Shown: one piece after another, positions 58,881 through 64,000 of the stretch | Numbering within the stretch: position 1 is the first letter of the stretch | Layout: each line of letters starts with the position of its first letter | Assembly (NCBI GenBank): GCA_964584495.1 | Contig: CAZPAH010000001.1 | Location: 7,393-71,392 of the forward strand | DNA from: an uncultured bacterium | Lineage (GTDB): Bacteria; Krumholzibacteriota; Krumholzibacteriia; Krumholzibacteriales; Krumholzibacteriaceae | DNA: 64,000 nt | Direction: 5' to 3' | Position numbers and translations under genes: made by a program | Notes under the pieces: model-generated | What the model was told of the DNA's origin: nothing | The model's input: only the letters and a program-made list of their open reading frames with translations | Database searches by the model: none

Positions 58881-60968
58881 ATGAATTTTTTGAATCCGAT
58901 ATTCCTATTCTCCCTCGCGGCCGTTTCGATCCCCGTCCTGATTCATATCTTGAGCAGAAGAAGGATACCGGAGATTCCCTTCAGCACGATAATGTTTCTC
59001 AGGGACTCGGATCGACGCAGCATGAGACGCGTCAACATGAAAAGACTGCTTCTCCTTCTACTGAGGATGGCCGTGATCGCGCTTGTTTGCCTCGCATTCG
59101 CCCGGCCCGTCATAAAGGGCGGTCTTGCCAAGCTCTTTCCCGGGGGGGGACGCAAGGCGGTTTGTATCGCGATCGACAGGAGCTACAGCATGGCGGCGGA
59201 GAACGGGCAGGAAAAGGTTTTCGAAGAAGCGAAGAAACGGGTCGTCGAGATCATGGAGACTCTCGAGGAGGGAGACGAACTGACGATACTGGCGTTCGAT
59301 ACAGGGACGGAGAGGATCTTGGGGGGTGGGAGGTTCGAATTGGGACCGGCTGTCGAGATGTTGGATCGGTTCGAGACGTCCTGGAGAGGGACTGACATTG
59401 CGGGAGGCGTTTCGGATGCATTCGAAATAGTAAGGGAAAGCCGGCTCGAGGCCAGGGAGGTCTTCATCGTCTCGGATTTCCAGAGAAGCGCTCTCTCCGG
59501 AAGCGGCGCGACCGCGGCGTCCGAGCCGGAGGGGGGTGCTCCGAAAGTAAGGGCTTTCCTCGTTCCCGTGGGTACGCACGAGGGTGCGAACGTTTCGATT
59601 GAAAGGGTGCTGACCCCCGCGGCGGCCATCCACAGGGGTGAAACGGCGACGATAAGGATATTGATGAGGAATTATTCCGGCCGGGGGGAGAGCAGGTTCC
59701 CCTTGAGGGTAGAAATCGATGGCAAGAGGATAATGGAAAGAGAGGTTATGGCCCCCCCGGGCGGGGAGATCGAGGAAAAGATCGAGTTCCCCGTCGAGAA
59801 GGCGGGCTGGATCGAGGGGGAGGTGTCCAAACGGGCCGACGTCCTGCCGCCGGACGACAGGAGGTTTTTCAGTTTCCTTGCCAGGGAGAAGGTCGACCTG
59901 CTGCTCATAGGGGGAGACGAGGCTTTCTACCTCGAACAGGCGCTCAGCCCGGGAGGGGCGCAGGGGGACCTGGTCGTCACGAGGAGAGGTTGGAGGGAGT
60001 TTGCCTCATCCGACATGGAAAGTGTTTCGGGGATCGTTCTCGGTCCGGGAAAGGGTCCCGAAGGAAACGATCTCGAATTGATAAGAAATTTCGCGGAGCG
60101 GGGCGGTAAGGTAATAGTTCCGGTGATCCGCTCTCTCGAGGAAGCCGCGAAACGGCTGAGCAGCCATGATCTACGGATCAGCTTTCCCTACGCTTCGGGC
60201 GGGTATCTTACCGTGGAAAGACCGGACGTGACGCCTGAGATCCTTCAGCCGTTCGACGCCGATGACCTCGATGGATTGATGCGGGTCAGGTTCTATGGAA
60301 CCCCCGATATAGGCGGAGTGACGGACAGAGGGATTATTCTCTCTTTCAAGGGGGGCAAACCGTTCATCTGGGCCGAGCCGTGCGGCGGCGGGACTATAGT
60401 ATTCGCGGCGTTCGACCCCGTCCCGGAAGGTGGGGATCTGGTTCTCTCGCCCTATTTCCTTCCGCTCGTACAGCAGCTCGTTTTCGAAGCGGGACGGAGC
60501 GTGCCCTCGAGCGGAGGGGCCCTGATCGGGGACCCTGTCACCTGGAGAGGGGTGGCGGGAGAGGGGTATTCGGTGAAGCTGCCCGACGGGACGGTCTGCC
60601 TGCCGGAGCGGATGGAAGATGGGGCGGTGGCCGGGACGGGAGGGGCGGATGAGCTGATGACGGCACCGGCCGGAGAGGAACCTGGATTTCTTTCTATATA
60701 CGGGGGGGAGGATCTCGTCTGGAGGACCGGGGTGAATCCCCTGTGCGGCGGCGAGTCGGACCTGGCGCCGGTAACCGCCGAGGAAGCGTCCGATTCTCTG
60801 GCGCTCTCCGATTTCACGGTCGTCCGCCGGGGCGACAAGATCGCCGAGGGTGTAAGATCGGCCCGGGAGGGAAAGGAAATTTCGACCGTGCTCATTTACG
60901 CGGCTCTGATCCTTCTGGTGACGGAGCTCTTCGTTTCGCAGAGAGAGGGCGGGGAGAGGGAAGGGTGA
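58881..60968 (+). CDS. BatA-like membrane protein with N-terminal double-TM (aerotolerance-type) and vWA domain, extended C-terminal region
   Basis: MNFLNPIFLFSLAAVSIPVLIHILSRRR, canonical BatA N-terminus; vWA MIDAS CIAIDRSYSM; C-terminal TM. Confidence 0.75.
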   Translation: MNFLNPIFLFSLAAVSIPVLIHILSRRRIPEIPFSTIMFLRDSDRRSMRRVNMKRLLLLLLRMAVIALVCLAFARPVIKGGLAKLFPGGGRKAVCIAIDRSYSMAAENGQEKVFEEAKKRVVEIMETLEEGDELTILAFDTGTERILGGGRFELGPAVEMLDRFETSWRGTDIAGGVSDAFEIVRESRLEAREVFIVSDFQRSALSGSGATAASEPEGGAPKVRAFLVPVGTHEGANVSIERVLTPAAAIHRGETATIRILMRNYSGRGESRFPLRVEIDGKRIMEREVMAPPGGEIEEKIEFPVEKAGWIEGEVSKRADVLPPDDRRFFSFLAREKVDLLLIGGDEAFYLEQALSPGGAQGDLVVTRRGWREFASSDMESVSGIVLGPGKGPEGNDLELIRNFAERGGKVIVPVIRSLEEAAKRLSSHDLRISFPYASGGYLTVERPDVTPEILQPFDADDLDGLMRVRFYGTPDIGGVTDRGIILSFKGGKPFIWAEPCGGGTIVFAAFDPVPEGGDLVLSPYFLPLVQQLVFEAGRSVPSSGGALIGDPVTWRGVAGEGYSVKLPDGTVCLPERMEDGAVAGTGGADELMTAPAGEEPGFLSIYGGEDLVWRTGVNPLCGGESDLAPVTAEEASDSLALSDFTVVRRGDKIAEGVRSAREGKEISTVLIYAALILLVTELFVSQREGGEREG

Positions 60969-60974
60969 GACAAT

Positions 60975-63900
60975 ATGTGGGATGATCTGAGAAATAGGAT
61001 AGAGTCGTTGCCGGCCTTTACGGCTCTGCGTGGGGCGTTGAGAGGCAAGGGCGCGGCCGTCCAGGTCGCCGGGCTCGCGGGGTCTTCGAGGGGCCTGGTG
61101 CTGGCCGCGTTGATCGAGAACGGCGGCCAGAACGTGCTCGTCGTCACACCCGATCCGGTGACGGCCAGGGATTTCGCGGCGGACCTCGTGACTTTCGGAG
61201 TCAGGGGAGTATCATTCTACCCCGAGGACGAGATCCTTCCATACGATTACCACGATCCGGACAGGAATCTTACGGGGATGCAGATGAAGGCCCTCGACGA
61301 GCTATCCTCGGGGCGGAGCAGGGTCCTGGTATGCACGATGCGCTCGCTGCTGAGAAAGGTGTTCGATCCCGCCGAGCTGAAGGAGCTTATCACCGACCTC
61401 GTGAAGGGGGAAGAGTACGACACGGTCGCCCTGGCCTCGAGATTCGTGCGGCTGGGATACGAAAGGCACGGGATTGTAGAGGGCAAGGGGCAGTTCGCGG
61501 TGAGGGGTGGCATAGTCGATATATTCGAGGTTTCGAGCGAGGATCCGGCGAGGATTGAGTTTGACGGGGACGAGATAGGCTCGATAAGAAATTTCGACGT
61601 GGAGACGCAGCGCTCGACCGGAGAGATAGGATCTCTCAGGGTGAGGCCTTTCACCCACCTGGCGCCCGACGGGATAGGGATTGAAAGGCTCAGGAGCTAT
61701 CTCGAGCGGGAAACGGAAGGGCTCGAGGAAGATGAGAGGGCCCGGGCGCTGCTGGCGGCCGAGCGGTTGGAGAACGGTATCCTCTTCTACGGAATGGAGC
61801 ATTACGCCGCCGTCGCGCACGAACTCGTTACGATTTTCGACTATTTCGATAAGCCGCCCCTAGCGGTGATAACGGACCAGGACGAGTTCGACGGCAACCT
61901 GGCCGACTTCAGGGAAGAGATAGAGGAGAGGTTCGAAAGGGAAAGGGAAGAAGGTCACTTCTATCCCGGGCCGGGGAGCGTATATATCGATGAGGGGGAG
62001 CTCGGCGCATGGTTCTCGGCGACGAACAGGATAGACTTCAGGAAAATAGCCTCGAGGGACGCCGTCAGGTTTTCAAGCTCGCCGCCGGAAGATTATCACA
62101 GGGATATACAGAGACTCGAGAAGGACATACGAAGGGATACGGGGAGGGGGATCGCCGTCTATCTCTTCTGCTCGAGCAAGGCTCAAAGGGATAGGGCGGA
62201 AGATGTCCTCTCCGAGGTGGCGCTGGATATAGATTTCCCGGAAGGGGAGATTTCGAGCGGATTCAGGTGGCCCAAGACGGGTGTCTTCTTTCTCAGCGAG
62301 GAGGAGGTGTTCGGGCGATACCACAAACCCTGGAAACCGTCCGGATCGAGGAGCAGGTCCCTATCGTACGATCCGTCCCATTTTCAGCCGGGGGATTTCG
62401 TGGTTCACGTCGATCACGGAGTGGGAAGGTACATGGGGATGAGGGTGCTGGAAGTCGAGGGGGGGAAAACGGAGTGCCTCGATATCAGGTACGAGGGGGA
62501 CGACAGGTTGTTCATCCCGGTCTCCCGGTTGAGGATGCTCGAAAAGTACAACGCGGCCGACGGGGGAGAGCCGTCACTGGGCAGGTTGGGCAGCAGGGCA
62601 TGGAACAGGGCGAGGGAAAGGGCCAGGAAAAGCGCAAAGAAGATCGCCCACGACCTGATCGAGGTCTACGCGGCGAGGCAGCTGGCCCGTGGGTATGCCT
62701 TCGGACCTGACAGCCCCTGGCAGAAGGAGATGGAAGCTTCTTTCCCCTGGGAGGAGACCCCCCACCAGCTTCAGGCGACAAGGGAGGTCAAGGCGGATCT
62801 CGAGGCCCAGCGCCCCATGGACAGGCTTCTCTGCGGCGATGTGGGGTTCGGCAAGACGGAGGTGGCCCTGAGGGCCTCTTTCAAAGCGGTTACATCGGGC
62901 AAGCAGGTGGCCTTTCTCGTGCCAACCACCGTTCTGGCCCTTCAGCATTACAATACGCTCCGCGACAGGTTTCAGGGTTTCCCGGTGAAAGTCGCCATGA
63001 TGAGCAGGTTTGTCCCTTCGGCGAAGCAGAGGGAATACGTGAAGGAAATCGCCGGAGGGAAGGTGGACATAGTGGTGGGGACCCACAGGCTGCTCGGCCG
63101 GGATATAGCCTTCCACGACCTGGGACTGGTCGTGGTGGACGAGGAGCACAGGTTCGGCGTGAAGCAGAAGGAAAGATTCAAGAAGATGAAGAAGAGCGTC
63201 GACGTTCTCAGCATGACGGCGACCCCGATCCCGCGGACCCTTTCAATGGCGCTCTCGGGGATAAGGGACATTTCGGTGATAGATACGCCCCCGCGCAACA
63301 GGCTTCCCATTCATACCGAGATCCTCCCTTTCGACGACGAAAGGATAAAGGAGGCGGTGATGCGGGAGATAGGGCGTGGAGGACAGGTCTTCTTCGTTCA
63401 TAACAGGGTCCAATCGATAGAGGTGATGGAAGGGTACCTTGCCAGGCTCCTGCCCGAGAAAGTCAGGATAGCGCACGCGCACGGGCAGATGAACGAGAAG
63501 AAGCTGGAAAGGATAATGATAGATTTTCTCGATAGAAAATTCGACCTGCTCCTTTGCACCATGATAATTGAAGCGGGGCTGGATTTCCCGAACGTGAACA
63601 CTATCATCATAAACAGGGCCGACAGGTTCGGGCTCGCGCAGCTTTACCAGCTGAGGGGAAGGGTCGGGAGATCGGACAGGAAGGCCTACGCCTTCATGTT
63701 GGTGCCGAAGGGGAGGGCCCTGACGACGCCGGCCCTCAAAAGGCTGCAGGCGATAAGCGAGTTCGATTACCTCGGCGCCGGTTACAGGATAGCCATGAGG
63801 GATCTCGAGATCCGCGGGGCGGGAAACCTGCTCGGGCATCAGCAGTCGGGCCATATCAACGACGTCGGGCTCGATCTGTACACGAGGATGGTGCGCGAGG

Positions 63901-64000
63901 AGGTGTCGAGGATGAAGGGGGAAGCGGCGGAAGGCGAGGTCGAGATAAGGCTGTCGATACCGGTGGCGGCATATCTCCCCGAGGATTACGTGGAAGATTC
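60975..64000 (+). CDS. mfd: transcription-repair coupling factor Mfd (5' complete, 3' partial at window end)
   Basis: Own translation from ATG 60975: MWDDLRNRIESLPAFTALRGALRGKGAAVQVAGLAGSSRG...; RNA-polymerase-interacting domain and DEEH-box helicase motifs (GDVGFGKTEVA, VVDEEHRFG); no stop before position 64000. Confidence 0.85.
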   Translation, partial: MWDDLRNRIESLPAFTALRGALRGKGAAVQVAGLAGSSRGLVLAALIENGGQNVLVVTPDPVTARDFAADLVTFGVRGVSFYPEDEILPYDYHDPDRNLTGMQMKALDELSSGRSRVLVCTMRSLLRKVFDPAELKELITDLVKGEEYDTVALASRFVRLGYERHGIVEGKGQFAVRGGIVDIFEVSSEDPARIEFDGDEIGSIRNFDVETQRSTGEIGSLRVRPFTHLAPDGIGIERLRSYLERETEGLEEDERARALLAAERLENGILFYGMEHYAAVAHELVTIFDYFDKPPLAVITDQDEFDGNLADFREEIEERFEREREEGHFYPGPGSVYIDEGELGAWFSATNRIDFRKIASRDAVRFSSSPPEDYHRDIQRLEKDIRRDTGRGIAVYLFCSSKAQRDRAEDVLSEVALDIDFPEGEISSGFRWPKTGVFFLSEEEVFGRYHKPWKPSGSRSRSLSYDPSHFQPGDFVVHVDHGVGRYMGMRVLEVEGGKTECLDIRYEGDDRLFIPVSRLRMLEKYNAADGGEPSLGRLGSRAWNRARERARKSAKKIAHDLIEVYAARQLARGYAFGPDSPWQKEMEASFPWEETPHQLQATREVKADLEAQRPMDRLLCGDVGFGKTEVALRASFKAVTSGKQVAFLVPTTVLALQHYNTLRDRFQGFPVKVAMMSRFVPSAKQREYVKEIAGGKVDIVVGTHRLLGRDIAFHDLGLVVVDEEHRFGVKQKERFKKMKKSVDVLSMTATPIPRTLSMALSGIRDISVIDTPPRNRLPIHTEILPFDDERIKEAVMREIGRGGQVFFVHNRVQSIEVMEGYLARLLPEKVRIAHAHGQMNEKKLERIMIDFLDRKFDLLLCTMIIEAGLDFPNVNTIIINRADRFGLAQLYQLRGRVGRSDRKAYAFMLVPKGRALTTPALKRLQAISEFDYLGAGYRIAMRDLEIRGAGNLLGHQQSGHINDVGLDLYTRMVREEVSRMKGEAAEGEVEIRLSIPVAAYLPEDYVED

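Overview
High-GC (~60%) bacterial chromosomal segment that spans the replication origin. The origin-proximal gene set is in canonical order: gyrA, gyrB, a DUF721/DciA-like gene, recF, dnaN and dnaA on the minus strand, then the oriC candidate, then rpmH, rnpA, yidD, yidC, jag, mnmE, mnmG, rsmG, parA and parB on the plus strand. Gene orientation flips at the dnaA/rpmH gap. There are perfect DnaA boxes on both sides of dnaA and two parS palindromes just upstream of parAB. Two secreted proteins share a T9SS-type C-terminal sorting domain, which points to an FCB-group-like or candidate-phylum organism. Accessory content, in window order: (i) a redox cluster (AsrA/HydB-like Fe-S protein, TlpA-like thioredoxin, a DUF1573 gene interrupted by an in-frame TGA exactly at a conserved Cys position, making it a candidate selenoprotein, and NifU/IscU). 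(ii) A seven-gene minus-strand operon that looks like a split cobalamin-dependent methionine synthase in which an MttB-family methyltransferase replaces the methyl-THF module, followed by a cysteine hydrolase, a flavoprotein and an RlmN/Cfr-like radical SAM enzyme. (iii) An M49-like peptidase with two hybrid histidine kinases. (iv) A CsgG-like lipoprotein. (v) A lineage-specific beta-helix lipoprotein inserted between rsmG and parA. (vi) An M23 peptidase plus bactofilin pair downstream of parB. (vii) S8 and S9 peptidases followed by a MoxR, DUF58 and BatA/vWA triad. (viii) mfd, partial at the 3' end. No rRNA, tRNA, CRISPR or mobile elements were recognised.
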